From the sequence record OQ722176.1: 64,000 nucleotides of DNA; one strand, 5' to 3'. The notes under the pieces were generated by a model. That model did no database searches and had not been told where the DNA came from. It saw only the letters and a list, made by a program, of their open reading frames with translations. Shown piece by piece: positions 1 to 10,640 of this stretch; within the stretch, counting starts at the first letter, position 1; each line of letters starts with the position of its first letter. The position numbers were made by a program, and so were the translations under genes.

Positions 1-1557
1 GATGAACTTCGACCGCTTGGTGCTGTCATTTCAGAACTCGAAAATCAGATCAGTGCTGATAGTACGATTTTGCGCGACTTGAAAGAGAAGCTTGCTGCGG
101 AATTGGCAGAAGCTGAAGAAGAGCAGAATGCCGAACTTGCCAATCTAGACGCTGAACATCGTGCAAATATTGCTAAGTCTGAAGCTGACCAAAAAGCTGA
201 AATTGACGAACTCAAAGCGAAGCAGACAAGCGAACAGAACGTAATTGACGAACTCAATGAACAAGAAGTTCTTGATCTCGACAAAGACCACTCTCAAGCG
301 TTGATTGATTTTGATAAAGAGACCGAAGCAAGCACACCAGAAGCACCGAATGCTGATGAGATTGCCGCTGATACGTCTACGGTCTTGAGTAACAAGAAAG
401 AAATCACCAAACTCAAAGAAAACAAAGAATTCTTTGAGAAGAATGGTGACTGTGAGTGTTCGACGTGTAAGCAAACAATCTCTTCTGACTTCGCTCAGAG
501 TGTGATTGACATGGCTGATCAGCAAATTGCAACGCTGACTAAAGAAACGAAAGAACTTGCCGACAAGATTCGTGCTGCTCAAGCGCAATCTAAAGCGCGT
601 GCTGAGTTTATTAGCACTCGTGCGAGTGAACGTTCAGCTTTAGATGAAAAACAGCGTACAGAGCGTTCTACGCTCATTAAGAAGCAATCTGCGAAGCGTG
701 CTGAAGTTATTGACGCACAGCGTGAAGCAATGTCGAAGCTGACAAGCACTTTCAATGATGCGCTATCGCTAATGCGTGAGGTTCAATCGAAAGCTCGTTC
801 TGAGATTGTTTCGCAACATGCGACAATCAATGCATCGTTGACCAAGAAAGGTGCGAGTGAGCGTGAAGAACTGACTGCAAACATTGGTAAAGACAAAGCT
901 GAACTTGCTACAGTAGTGACAAAAGAAGCCGCGTTGACCAAGACAATTGCTACTATCGTAGCAGACATTGAAGATGTGAAAGCCAAAGCTGCCACAGAAG
1001 ACCGTACTGCATTGATTAAAAAGCTAACGGCTGAAGTGAAAAGCGTGAAATCCGGGTTGCAAAATGATTTGCAAACGAAGCATTGTCGTGTTATAGTAGG
1101 CACGCTGCTAAAAGACGACGGCGTGAAGTCGATGATTGTTCGACAATACATTCCAATGATCAACAAGTACATCAATGATTACTTGAAGACCATGAATGCG
1201 AACTACAACTTTGTTCTTGACGAAGAATTCAACGAGACAATCAAATCTCGTGGTCGTGATGACTTTAGTTACACGTCATTCTCTCAAGGTGAACGTTGTC
1301 GTATTGACTTAGCATTGCTATTCGCATTCCGTGACTTGGTAAGCGCACGTACTGGTTCGATGACTAACTTGTTGGTACTCGATGAAGTATTCGATTCTGC
1401 TGCTGACACTGATGGTGTTGATTCTATCAACCAAATTCTGAGCAGCATCAACGATAACGTGTTTATTATCTCACACAGTGAGAAGCACGAACAAAGCATG
1501 TTCGACAAGCATATTCGCTTTGCGAAGAAGGGTAATTTCACAAGAGAGGTCAAATGA
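1..1557 (+). CDS. 46: Recombination endonuclease subunit gp46 (SbcC/Rad50-like), 5' truncated
   Basis: Frame open from base 1; coiled coil, zinc hook CSTC, signature FSQGE, Walker B LLVLDEVFD, ISH motif. Confidence 0.95.
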   Translation, partial: DELRPLGAVISELENQISADSTILRDLKEKLAAELAEAEEEQNAELANLDAEHRANIAKSEADQKAEIDELKAKQTSEQNVIDELNEQEVLDLDKDHSQALIDFDKETEASTPEAPNADEIAADTSTVLSNKKEITKLKENKEFFEKNGDCECSTCKQTISSDFAQSVIDMADQQIATLTKETKELADKIRAAQAQSKARAEFISTRASERSALDEKQRTERSTLIKKQSAKRAEVIDAQREAMSKLTSTFNDALSLMREVQSKARSEIVSQHATINASLTKKGASEREELTANIGKDKAELATVVTKEAALTKTIATIVADIEDVKAKAATEDRTALIKKLTAEVKSVKSGLQNDLQTKHCRVIVGTLLKDDGVKSMIVRQYIPMINKYINDYLKTMNANYNFVLDEEFNETIKSRGRDDFSYTSFSQGERCRIDLALLFAFRDLVSARTGSMTNLLVLDEVFDSAADTDGVDSINQILSSINDNVFIISHSEKHEQSMFDKHIRFAKKGNFTREVK

Positions 1558-2018
1558 AACTCGTCCCTATGACGGTCGATTACAGTGGGGATATTTACAC
1601 GATGTGTAAGTATCTCTTACTCAACGACTCACACCCAGGATGTCCTGAAACCAAGATCGGGCGCTTTATGCTCGGTCGTGCAACGGGGCACACAACTTCG
1701 ATGATGCAAGCTTCTGAACGTCTACGACGCGAAGGCTTTAACGTACTTGAAGTCTACTTAAATGAGCAACATCGAGTAATGAACCGTCGTGGCGAAGAAC
1801 ACGATACGGCAACAACTTATGACAGACTCGTACGTGATGGGTTCCATCACCGTGCATTTGTTGGTCGTCGAAATCGCGATATGCCAGACATTATCTTGTT
1901 TGACACATATTCGTTTGCGGAACAGCGCGTTCGCGGGGTTTCTACGAAAGTAGATGAATTGATGCATATTTTGTGGCATCAATTAAACAAGAAAACTGCG
2001 TTTTTCTTCATTCAATAG
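1554..2018 (+). CDS. Hypothetical protein, possible degenerate P-loop (GRATGHTT)
   Basis: ATGA overlap with gp46 stop; SD GAGG. Confidence 0.6.
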   Translation: MKLVPMTVDYSGDIYTMCKYLLLNDSHPGCPETKIGRFMLGRATGHTTSMMQASERLRREGFNVLEVYLNEQHRVMNRRGEEHDTATTYDRLVRDGFHHRAFVGRRNRDMPDIILFDTYSFAEQRVRGVSTKVDELMHILWHQLNKKTAFFFIQ

Positions 2019-2030
2019 TGTTTAGACCGG

Positions 2031-2036
2031 TAAATA
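2031..2036 (+). promoter_or_regulatory. T4-type late promoter core TAAATA
   Basis: Intergenic TAAATA upstream of 2075 ORF and gp45. Confidence 0.4.
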
Positions 2037-2074
2037 GCTGTGTTAATATGAGCGCAGCTATTGAGGAAACACAA

Positions 2075-2284
2075 ATGAACTTAGACAATCACTTATCAAT
2101 GCCAGATATAAAGCACTGGGTCATCATTGACAGCTTCACTGGCCAAGAAAAAATTCTACCTGAAGTGCAGTTAGTTGAAGCGTTCGGAAAAGAGCGTTGG
2201 CACAAAATCACTTCTGGGTTAGACAACTATTTTACTGCTTACGAGTATAACTTTGAATATACTGAACGTGGCTTTAAACTTTAA
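2075..2284 (+). CDS. Hypothetical protein (gp45.2 position)
   Basis: SD GAGGA 7 nt before ATG; synteny. Confidence 0.6.
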   Translation: MNLDNHLSMPDIKHWVIIDSFTGQEKILPEVQLVEAFGKERWHKITSGLDNYFTAYEYNFEYTERGFKL

Positions 2285-2318
2285 CTGAATACTATATCAT
2301 AATTTTGAAGGTAAAAGA

Positions 2319-2984
2319 ATGAAACTTAACAAATCTACAATCGAAGTACTAAAGAACTTTGCAGGCATCAACAACGGTATGGTTATTCACCAAGGCTCGC
2401 GAATCCGTACTCAAGACAACTTGAACAAGCAGATTGCTTACGCTGACATCGAAGATTCGTTTCCTGTAGAATTTGCAGTGTACGATCTAGGTGAGTTTCT
2501 AAGCGCGTTGAATCTACTTGATAACGCTGAACTTGATTTCCAAGAAAAATTCGTTGTTGTTACTGGCGATGGTGGCACTAAGCTTACTTTCCAATACGCA
2601 AACGCTGAGTTCGTGACCGAAGCACCTGAAAAAGTGAACTTCCCAACTGAACTAGACGGTGGCGCTGAATTCAACCTTAAAGGTGAAGATCTACAGCGCG
2701 TTAAGAAAGCGTCTGCGACTCTTGGTCTGTCTGACATTTGTGTTCGCACCGAAGCGGGTAGCACTGCAATTACTCTGTCTGCGACTGATGCTCAGGGTTC
2801 TAGCAAACACACATTCGAAATCAACGTTGGCGAAGCTGATGCTGACACAGAATTCAAGTTCTTCTTCAAATCTGAACGTCTGAACATCGTTGATCAAGAC
2901 TACAAAGTTTCGATTCACCCAGCGGGTATCTCTCGATTCCTTGGTCTTTCTCTTGAGTACTTCATTGCAACTGAAGCATTGTAA
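2319..2984 (+). CDS. 45: Sliding clamp gp45
   Basis: MKLNKSTIEVLKNFAGINNG N-terminus, YDLGEFL, C-terminal YFIATEA; synteny. Confidence 0.95.
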   Translation: MKLNKSTIEVLKNFAGINNGMVIHQGSRIRTQDNLNKQIAYADIEDSFPVEFAVYDLGEFLSALNLLDNAELDFQEKFVVVTGDGGTKLTFQYANAEFVTEAPEKVNFPTELDGGAEFNLKGEDLQRVKKASATLGLSDICVRTEAGSTAITLSATDAQGSSKHTFEINVGEADADTEFKFFFKSERLNIVDQDYKVSIHPAGISRFLGLSLEYFIATEAL

Positions 2985-3005
2985 GAGCTAGATTTTGTAA
3001 GTTAC

Positions 3006-3027
3006 GGGGCGTAACAGCCCCTTTTTT
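3006..3027 (+). terminator. Intrinsic terminator
   Basis: GGGGC-GTAACA-GCCCC-T6. Confidence 0.8.
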
Positions 3028-3054
3028 GAAAATTTTATTATGGGAAACGACTAA

Positions 3055-4011
3055 ATGGCAATTCAATCAGTAGCAAATGAACTTCTTTGGGAACAAAAGT
3101 ACCGCCCGCAATCAATCAAAGATTGTGTGCTGCCAGAACGTGTTCGTAAACTGTTTCAGAAAATGGTAGACGACAACGAAATCCCAAACATGTTGCTATG
3201 TAGCTCTTCACCGGGTACTGGTAAAACGACTGTTGCTCGTGCAGTACTTGCAGATATGGGTTACGAAGTTCTATTTGTTAACGCATCATCAAGCCGTGGT
3301 ATTGGTCTTGTTCAAAACGACTTACCGGGTTTCTGCTCAACTGTTTCATTCTCTGGTAACCCTAAAGCGGTTATTCTAGATGAGGCAGACAACTTAACTC
3401 CAGACGCTCAAAAAGCTCTACGTGGTTTGATCGAACAGTACAGCAAAAACGTTCGCTTTATTCTGACTTGTAACTATGCTCAGAAAATCTTAACACCGAT
3501 TCGCTCACGTCTTCAAGAATTTGAATTCGTGTACAACAAAGAAGAACAGCTATCTTGCGTTAAGCAAATGATTGTTCGCTCTATGCAAATCTGTAAACAA
3601 GAAGGTGTATCGGTTACCAACGCTGCTGTTCTCAAAGAGCTTGTGAAGCGTAACTACCCAGACAATCGTAAAACTATCGTTTCGTTGCAGAACTATGCAC
3701 GTAACGGCGCGATTGACGAAGGTATTCTATCTGAAATCACCGCTAACGACGATATTTCTGAAATGCTGACTGCATTGAAATCGAAAGACTTCAAAACTGT
3801 ACGTAGTCTGATTCCGAAATACTCAGGTGATATTGCATCGTTTCTGCATAATCTTTACAAAGCAGCATACACGCATTTAGACGGCAATAGCATCCCTGTG
3901 TTCATTCAAATTGTGGGTGAAGCAAACAACAACGCGACGACTTGTGTCGATACTGAAATTCTACTAGCGTACACATTGGTACAGATCATGCTTGAATGTA
4001 CTTTCGCGTAA
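3055..4011 (+). CDS. 44: Clamp loader ATPase gp44
   Basis: LWEQKYRP, SPGTGKTT, ILDEADNL, SRL motifs. Confidence 0.95.
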   Translation: MAIQSVANELLWEQKYRPQSIKDCVLPERVRKLFQKMVDDNEIPNMLLCSSSPGTGKTTVARAVLADMGYEVLFVNASSSRGIGLVQNDLPGFCSTVSFSGNPKAVILDEADNLTPDAQKALRGLIEQYSKNVRFILTCNYAQKILTPIRSRLQEFEFVYNKEEQLSCVKQMIVRSMQICKQEGVSVTNAAVLKELVKRNYPDNRKTIVSLQNYARNGAIDEGILSEITANDDISEMLTALKSKDFKTVRSLIPKYSGDIASFLHNLYKAAYTHLDGNSIPVFIQIVGEANNNATTCVDTEILLAYTLVQIMLECTFA

Positions 4012-4020
4012 GGGGGTTCA

Positions 4021-4509
4021 ATGGACATTTTTGAACTACTAGCGAAAGGCGAAGAAGCTGAGAAAGCAGCAAAGAACGAACAAGAAGAGTTTGAAGCTGA
4101 AATGAAAGCGGCGAAAGTTAAAAAGCTATCGCCATTTGACTTCCTCAATAGCTTGTACATGAAAGACTATATCATGAACGATGATGTAAAAGGTCAGTAT
4201 CAAGCATTCATGGTGAATCGCGGTATGTCGAATGGCATCGACACTGTTGTTCATGCGTACATAATGGATCAAGTCGGTAGTAAACTGCCACCTGATATGC
4301 AATATGATTACTACTATCATGCAGTGCGTAAAGGTAAGCGATACAACTCATGGGCGAAAGAAACGAAGTATGATTCTGTTGATATGATCATGGAAATCTA
4401 CCAAATCAATAAGCAAAAAGCTATTGACGTTCTTCATCGTCTTAATGAAAGTGAGCTTGAGCAGTTGACTACATGGTTTGAATCCCGAACGGGGGGCTTA
4501 ACACGCTAA
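4021..4509 (+). CDS. 62: Clamp loader subunit gp62
   Basis: SPFDFLNS, FMVNRGMS, KGKRYNSWAK; synteny. Confidence 0.9.
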   Translation: MDIFELLAKGEEAEKAAKNEQEEFEAEMKAAKVKKLSPFDFLNSLYMKDYIMNDDVKGQYQAFMVNRGMSNGIDTVVHAYIMDQVGSKLPPDMQYDYYYHAVRKGKRYNSWAKETKYDSVDMIMEIYQINKQKAIDVLHRLNESELEQLTTWFESRTGGLTR

Positions 4510-4543
4510 TAAATATGTTTTTATTATGCTGTTGAGATTAATC

Positions 4544-4924
4544 ATGGACATTATTAACAAGCTTGAAATTCAATTACCAGATGACGATGCCTTTCTAAAG
4601 ATTCGCGAGACTCTTACACGAATTGGCATCGCCAATAACAAAACCAATACTCTGTACCAGTCATGTCATATTCTGCAAAAACGTGGCGTTTACTTTCTGG
4701 TACACTTCAAAGAGCTTTTAGCACTTGACGGTCGTTGTGTAGAAATCACTGACGAAGACATTGAGCGTCGAAATAACATTGCCAAGCTGCTTGAAGATTG
4801 GAACTTATGCAAAATCGCTCATCCTGAATCACACGAATTCAGTGGCGACAATAAGTTCCGTGTCATTTCGTTCCGCGATTCTAAAAACTGGAATCTAAGG
4901 TACAAATACAAAATCGGAGGCTAA
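4544..4924 (+). CDS. regA: Translational repressor RegA
   Basis: FLKIRETLTRIGI, LYQSCHILQKRG, HFKELL, RRNNIAKLL. Confidence 0.95.
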   Translation: MDIINKLEIQLPDDDAFLKIRETLTRIGIANNKTNTLYQSCHILQKRGVYFLVHFKELLALDGRCVEITDEDIERRNNIAKLLEDWNLCKIAHPESHEFSGDNKFRVISFRDSKNWNLRYKYKIGG

Positions 4925-4954
4925 TATGCGCCGAGAAGAAGACTGGTTTTAATA

Positions 4955-4972
4955 GGGGCTCACGCCCCTTTT
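4955..4972 (+). terminator. Intrinsic terminator
   Basis: GGGGC-TCAC-GCCCC-T4. Confidence 0.75.
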
Positions 4973-4988
4973 ATTTGAGGAATACAAT

Positions 4989-5507
4989 ATGAACGATGAA
5001 CGTTTTCAAGAACTACTACAATTCGGTGGCGAATTCGAAGCTGCCGTTGAGCCTAAGATAGCTCGTGTGTTCTGTCATGCAGACCCACACGCAATGCTAA
5101 TCAATACGGCAACATCAAAAACAGACCAGAAACATAAGCGCGGTCAGCGTTTAATGTTCTGTCAAGACACATCCGCAAGCTTCATGCTACCAGACGTATT
5201 TGTTTTCACGAAAGGAAAGCAATTCTGCGTTGAAATCAAGTGTAAGAAACGCTTTTATCGCCACACAGATGGTAAATTGTATGGTGTAATTGACTCATAC
5301 AAAGTTCAAGAATATCGCGACGCAGTTCGCCACATGGGATTCGATGGTATATTCTATGTGTTCGGTGACGAAGAAACACGCTCGGTTTATTTCGCAAAAG
5401 ATGATCCAATTGATATGAAAATTGATGCTTTTCGCGAATACAAAAACCCGAAAGGCGATTTCAAAGCTTGGCTTATTGAAGAACAACACTTTTTAGGAAG
5501 ATGGTAG
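4989..5507 (+). CDS. Putative PD-(D/E)XK nuclease
   Basis: LPDVFV...VEIKCK motif; SD GAGGA. Confidence 0.55.
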   Translation: MNDERFQELLQFGGEFEAAVEPKIARVFCHADPHAMLINTATSKTDQKHKRGQRLMFCQDTSASFMLPDVFVFTKGKQFCVEIKCKKRFYRHTDGKLYGVIDSYKVQEYRDAVRHMGFDGIFYVFGDEETRSVYFAKDDPIDMKIDAFREYKNPKGDFKAWLIEEQHFLGRW

Positions 5508-5567
5508 TTTAGGACTTCATTTTTCTCTGATAGCATAGCAACACGTAACAACTTGTGAAGGAATATC

Positions 5568-8120
5568 ATGACAATCTATACATCAATTGAACGAATCGGC
5601 TCTAATCTTTGTGAACGCTACATCGACAACGATGGTTTTGAGCACATGCGCAAAGTAAAATACGAACCGACTCTTTTCATTCACTGCAACGAAGATACAG
5701 GTTACAAAGACATTTACGGTCGCAACTGTCGTCCTAAGCTGTTTGACACAATGGGCGAAGCGAGTAAGTACATCAAAGACACGAAGCAGTTCAACGAAGT
5801 GCTAGGCATGGATGACTTCATCGTGACTTATATCTCAGACGTGTACAAGCAGCGTGATTTCAACATCAATCGCATTCGCATTGCAAACATAGATATTGAA
5901 ACTCCGTCTGTGGAGTTCCCTGAAGCAGCGCACGCGCCAGTGCCAATCACTTCAATCGGTCACTATGACAATATCGACGACGTGTTCTATGTTTACGGTA
6001 TCCCGTCAAACACTGAGTGGAAACGCGAAAGCAGCATCGTTAAGCCAGAACTACTAGAAAAAACGGTTTACATTCGCTGTGCTAGTGAGAAAGAGCTACT
6101 TGTTAAGTATCTTCAATTCTGGCGCGAGAAAACACCAGCAATCGTAACTGGCTGGAACATTGAATCGTTCGATATGCCGTACATCGTTAACCGATACAAG
6201 AATCTATTCGGTGAGAAAGTGATGAACAGCTTGTCTCCGTGGGGTAAAGTTCAAGTATCGACTACAGTCAACGACTACGGTCAAGAAATCTGTAAAGTGA
6301 ACATTCTCGGCGTGTCTGAACTCGATTATCTTCAACTTTACAAGAAATTCACGTATGTGACACGACCATCATATCGTCTTGATTACATCGGTGAAGTTGA
6401 ACTTGACGAGAAAAAGGTCGAGTTCAGTCAAGCGAACTACCTTGAGTTCTACGAGCAAGATTATCAGAACTTCATTGACTACCAGATTCAAGACGTTAAC
6501 TTGGTTAAGCGACTAGATGAAAAGCTTCAGCTTATGCTTTTGACTGTTTCTCTAGCGTACTACGCGGGCATCAACTATCAGACGGTACTTGGTACAATCA
6601 AGCCGTGGGATGCAATCATCTTTAACAGCTTAAAAGCTGAGAAGAAAGTAGTACCGATGATGCGTTCACACGAAGGTGGTCGATTCATGGGTGCGTTTGT
6701 TAAAGCGCCTCAAGTGGGTTATCATCGTGGCATTGGTTCTTTCGACTTAACATCACTGTACCCGTCGATCATTCGTGAGTGTAACATTTCACCAGAAACA
6801 ATCGTTGGTCAGCTTGACTACGACGGTGCACTTGAAGATCGCATTGACAAGATTGTTGAAGGTCTGATTAAGTTCCCTGCTGATGAGCTATCAAACAGCG
6901 CGAACGGTATGCAATATCGCAAAGACGTGCGTGGTGTAATCCCGATTGAAATCGAGAAAGTTTTCTTCCAGCGTAAAGACAACAAGAAGAAAGCATTTGC
7001 GTATGAGCAGAAAGCAATCGACATTCGTAAGCAGATGGACGACACTGGCGAGACACCAGAACTGTTGGCTGAATACGAAGAAGCGAAGCATCAAGCGAAA
7101 ATCTACGACGTACAGCAAATGGCGCGTAAGATTCTTATCAACTCACTCTATGGCGCGTTAGGTAACGAATACTTCAGATTCTACGATCTGCGTAACGCTG
7201 AAGCAGTAACAGCATATGGTCAGCTTGCAATTAAATGGGTAGCGCGTGACGTTAACATTTGGTTGAACAAAGTTTGTAAGACAACTGACAAAGACTACGT
7301 GATTTACGGTGATACCGACTCAATCTACGTTAACTTTGATCCATTGCTTGAACTGACTGGCATCAACAAACTTGAAGGTGACGACTACACAGACAAGTTT
7401 TCTAAAGTCTGTGAGACAGTTGAAACGAAAGTTATCAACCCGTCGTATGAAGCACTTCACAAGTACATGAACACGTACGAACGTCAAATGTTCATGGATC
7501 GCGAAGTTCTAGCGCGTACTGGCTTCTTTATCGCGAAAAAGCGTTATGCGCTTGACGTGCAAGATAACGAAGGCATTCGTAAACCGAAGCTGAAAATCAT
7601 GGGTATTGAAACTCAACGTAGTTCAACACCACCACTTTGCCAGAAAGGTCTTAAAGAGTCAATTCGCTTGATTCTGCAAGAAGGCGAAGAGAAGCTTCAA
7701 GAATACGTGAAGAGTTATGAGAAAGAGTTCAAGAAAGCTCCATACCAAGAGATTTCATTCGTGTCTAGCGCGAACAACATGAACAAATACTCTGACGACA
7801 AAGGTAATCCTGGCAAGGGATGCCCAGGTCACGTAAAAGGCGCGTTGTACTACAACAAGCTTGCTGAAGAGCACGGGTTCGACAAGATCAACGAGGGTGA
7901 CAAAATCGCTGTTGTGTTCTTGACTCGAAACAAGCACGGCATTGACCGTATCGCTTACCCGTCTGGTGGCAAACTGCCCGATGCACTTAGCTACTTGATT
8001 GAGCACGTCGATTACAACCGACTGTACGATGACAAGTTCATCAAACCGTTGACTGCAATCTCTGAAGCAATCAAGTTTGAATACAAGAAAACATTCACCT
8101 TGGAGAGTTTCTTTGGCTAA
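5568..8120 (+). CDS. 43: DNA polymerase gp43 (family B)
   Basis: DIET exonuclease, [31 protein letters not shown]. Confidence 0.98.
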   Translation: MTIYTSIERIGSNLCERYIDNDGFEHMRKVKYEPTLFIHCNEDTGYKDIYGRNCRPKLFDTMGEASKYIKDTKQFNEVLGMDDFIVTYISDVYKQRDFNINRIRIANIDIETPSVEFPEAAHAPVPITSIGHYDNIDDVFYVYGIPSNTEWKRESSIVKPELLEKTVYIRCASEKELLVKYLQFWREKTPAIVTGWNIESFDMPYIVNRYKNLFGEKVMNSLSPWGKVQVSTTVNDYGQEICKVNILGVSELDYLQLYKKFTYVTRPSYRLDYIGEVELDEKKVEFSQANYLEFYEQDYQNFIDYQIQDVNLVKRLDEKLQLMLLTVSLAYYAGINYQTVLGTIKPWDAIIFNSLKAEKKVVPMMRSHEGGRFMGAFVKAPQVGYHRGIGSFDLTSLYPSIIRECNISPETIVGQLDYDGALEDRIDKIVEGLIKFPADELSNSANGMQYRKDVRGVIPIEIEKVFFQRKDNKKKAFAYEQKAIDIRKQMDDTGETPELLAEYEEAKHQAKIYDVQQMARKILINSLYGALGNEYFRFYDLRNAEAVTAYGQLAIKWVARDVNIWLNKVCKTTDKDYVIYGDTDSIYVNFDPLLELTGINKLEGDDYTDKFSKVCETVETKVINPSYEALHKYMNTYERQMFMDREVLARTGFFIAKKRYALDVQDNEGIRKPKLKIMGIETQRSSTPPLCQKGLKESIRLILQEGEEKLQEYVKSYEKEFKKAPYQEISFVSSANNMNKYSDDKGNPGKGCPGHVKGALYYNKLAEEHGFDKINEGDKIAVVFLTRNKHGIDRIAYPSGGKLPDALSYLIEHVDYNRLYDDKFIKPLTAISEAIKFEYKKTFTLESFFG

Positions 8121-8151
8121 TATAGACAAAATAGCAATCGGTGGCGCAGAA

Positions 8152-8415
8152 ATGCGCCCACCTGTTGATGTGTGTCGCGATCACTTCCCAAATTCTAGAC
8201 CTTGGCAAGAACCGTGGATGGAAACTCCGAACTACGTAAAGTATGAGGCAGATATTCATTTAGACATATCATCTTGGTACGTTGACCATGAAAATAATGT
8301 CTTGTCTCTAACATTTAAAAACGAAGAGCCGTCTATTCACGGCATCGTTATTCCGCCACGTGTCAATCTTGACCTATCAAAGGTTAAAGACATCATCAAC
8401 GAAATCTTGAAATAA
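8152..8415 (+). CDS. Hypothetical protein
   Basis: ORF after gp43; start uncertain (ATG lies in a hairpin). Confidence 0.45.
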   Translation: MRPPVDVCRDHFPNSRPWQEPWMETPNYVKYEADIHLDISSWYVDHENNVLSLTFKNEEPSIHGIVIPPRVNLDLSKVKDIINEILK

Positions 8416-8419
8416 GTTG

Positions 8420-8448
8420 TTGACAGTGTGCATTTTAGGGTGTACACT
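8420..8448 (+). promoter_or_regulatory. Sigma70-like early promoter
   Basis: TTGACA-17-TACACT within an inverted repeat. Confidence 0.7.
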
Positions 8449-8478
8449 GTTAAAAGATTATTTTGAGAGGAAAATACA

Positions 8479-9624
8479 ATGACTACACAAGAACTTTACA
8501 AACATTTGATGGCTCTGACTGATTCTGCTGAAGGCAAGTTCTTCTTTGCAGATCATATTTCACCTCTTGGTGAGAAATTCCGAGTGTTCAGCTATCACAT
8601 TGCATCATACTCAGACTGGCTATTGCCGGGTGCTCTTGAAGCTCGTGGCATCATGTTCCAGCTAGACGATCAAGACCAGATGGTTCGTATCGTGTCTCGC
8701 CCGATGGAGAAATTCTTCAATCTGAACGAGAATCCCTTTACGATGGATTTGGACTTGACGACTACAGTTCAGCTAATGGACAAAGCTGATGGTTCATTGA
8801 TTAGCACGTACTTGACTGGTGATAACTTCGCTCTGAAGTCAAAAACAAGCATCTTCTCTGAGCAGGCAGTCGCAGCGAATCGCTACATCAAACAACCAGA
8901 TAACCGCGCACTGTGGGAATTCTGTGATGATTTGAGTAAAGCAAACTGCACTGTCAACATGGAATGGTGTGCGCCAAATAACCGTATTGTTCTTGAGTAT
9001 CCAGAAGCAAAACTGGTCATCTTGAACATACGTGACAACGAAACGGGTGATTATGTTGGCTTTGACGACATTCCGTTGGCTGCATTGATGCGTATCAAGC
9101 AATGGCTCGTTGATGAGTACGACCCTGAAACAGCACATGTTAGCGATTTCGTTGAAACGTTGCGTGCTAAGAAAGGCATTGAAGGCATGATCTTGCGTCT
9201 AGCGTCTGGTCAGTCTGTAAAAATCAAAACTCAATGGTATGTTGATCTGCACTCGCAAAAAGACTCTGTGAACGTTCCGAAGAAGTTGGTAACAACTATC
9301 TTGAACAACAACCACGACGACCTTTATGCGTTGTTCTCAGACGACAAACCAACAATCGACCGTATTCGCGAATTTGACTCTCACGTGTCAAAAACTGTAA
9401 CCGCATCGTTCCACGCAGTTAGTCAGTTTTACGTTAAGAATCGTCATCTTTCTCGCAAAGACTTCGCGATTGCAGGTCAGAAAGCACTAAAACCATGGGA
9501 ATTTGGCGTAGCAATGATCGCGTATCAGAAGCAAACCGTCGAAGGCACATACGAGACTTTGATTGGTGCATATCTGAAGCGTCCAGAACTACTCATCCCA
9601 GAGAAGTATCTGAATGAGGCATAA
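8479..9624 (+). CDS. rnlA: RNA ligase 1
   Basis: EARGIMF, MEKFFNLNE, KADGSL, EGMIL, VKIKTQWY. Confidence 0.95.
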   Translation: MTTQELYKHLMALTDSAEGKFFFADHISPLGEKFRVFSYHIASYSDWLLPGALEARGIMFQLDDQDQMVRIVSRPMEKFFNLNENPFTMDLDLTTTVQLMDKADGSLISTYLTGDNFALKSKTSIFSEQAVAANRYIKQPDNRALWEFCDDLSKANCTVNMEWCAPNNRIVLEYPEAKLVILNIRDNETGDYVGFDDIPLAALMRIKQWLVDEYDPETAHVSDFVETLRAKKGIEGMILRLASGQSVKIKTQWYVDLHSQKDSVNVPKKLVTTILNNNHDDLYALFSDDKPTIDRIREFDSHVSKTVTASFHAVSQFYVKNRHLSRKDFAIAGQKALKPWEFGVAMIAYQKQTVEGTYETLIGAYLKRPELLIPEKYLNEA

Positions 9625-9897
9625 ATGCAACACTTTGTTTTCCAAAATGGGGAGCCGATTAACGTCGGCAACCCACAAGCGTTCTTAAATAAATTTAACA
9701 AACAATTCCTGCCAGACCTACAAAAGCGTTTAGACGACGACCCGAAAACTCGCGGTGGTAGAATCGTTTATGTAGGTCCCTCGCAATCAAATACCGTTCA
9801 AGGTATTGACGTTCAAATTGAAGACAAGAATGGCGTAATCTCGACGTTCTATGTCAATCCGTTCACGCAAACATTCTGTCCAGTCTTCTATCAGTGA
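9625..9897 (+). CDS. Hypothetical protein
   Basis: Coupled ORF. Confidence 0.6.
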   Translation: MQHFVFQNGEPINVGNPQAFLNKFNKQFLPDLQKRLDDDPKTRGGRIVYVGPSQSNTVQGIDVQIEDKNGVISTFYVNPFTQTFCPVFYQ

Positions 9898-9928
9898 TAA
9901 ATACTCCCGTATGAATAATATGGGAGTA
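9898..9928 (+). promoter_or_regulatory. Late promoter TAAATA plus SD-sequestering hairpin
   Basis: TACTCCCGTAT (9902-12) pairs with ATATGGGAGTA (9918-28). Confidence 0.7.
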
Positions 9929-9933
9929 ATATC

Positions 9934-10317
9934 ATGTTCGCACAATACAAACTCTACGTGCTTGCTGCTATTGCTGTTATCGTCATCGGGTCTATTGGTT
10001 ATCTAAAGTATGAGAATGTTAGTCTTGAGAGAGATCTAGTAACTCAAACTGCCGAAGTTGAACGACTAACAGGTGAGAATGAACGGCTAGAAGCTACAGT
10101 CAAGCAGAAAAACCAAACAATCGAAGACTGGCGAGTTGTCTACGAAGAGCAATTGACCTTTAGAGATAATCTTCAGTCAAAGCTCGACGAGAAGAACAAC
10201 ACGATTGAGCGATATAAAGCTCGTCAAGACGTTGTATTCCAAAAGCCAGGGTTAGTTCAACGTTTAGAGCAGAAAGCTTTAGACAAGTTCTTTGATGAGG
10301 TGAGAAATGCTAAATAA
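9934..10317 (+). CDS. pseT.3: i-spanin (PseT.3/Rz-like)
   Basis: N-terminal TM then coiled coil; position between rnlA and pseT. Confidence 0.75.
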   Translation: MFAQYKLYVLAAIAVIVIGSIGYLKYENVSLERDLVTQTAEVERLTGENERLEATVKQKNQTIEDWRVVYEEQLTFRDNLQSKLDEKNNTIERYKARQDVVFQKPGLVQRLEQKALDKFFDEVRNAK

Positions 10318-10636
10318 ACTACTAGCGTTCGCGCTTTGCTTCACTCTCGTGGGCTGCGGTCTATTTCCAAAAGAGCCAACACCAGAACCTCAAACGAACA
10401 ATATTGTTCACCCAAGTATGCCAGTTCCGCCAGCTAATCCCGGTGTGAAAATCTTGGTAATCACTACAGATACCATCGAAGATAACAAGGCATATGTCGG
10501 GTTTGAGTACGAAGAGTGGTTGAACTTCGCGAAATGGATGCACACGTATAAAGCTTATAACACTGATTTACTTGAAGTTATTCGCTTGTACAAAGAGCAA
10601 GATCCGAATATTCAGAAAAAAGTTGAAAATAATTAA
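10307..10636 (+). CDS. pseT.2: o-spanin lipoprotein (PseT.2/Rz1-like)
   Basis: Lipobox LVGC, Pro-rich; overlaps i-spanin. Confidence 0.75.
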   Translation: MLNKLLAFALCFTLVGCGLFPKEPTPEPQTNNIVHPSMPVPPANPGVKILVITTDTIEDNKAYVGFEYEEWLNFAKWMHTYKAYNTDLLEVIRLYKEQDPNIQKKVENN

Positions 10637-10640
10637 AGAA

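Noticed and set aside
5568-8120. Intein or split in gp43
   Set aside because: 850 aa with continuous exonuclease and polymerase motifs
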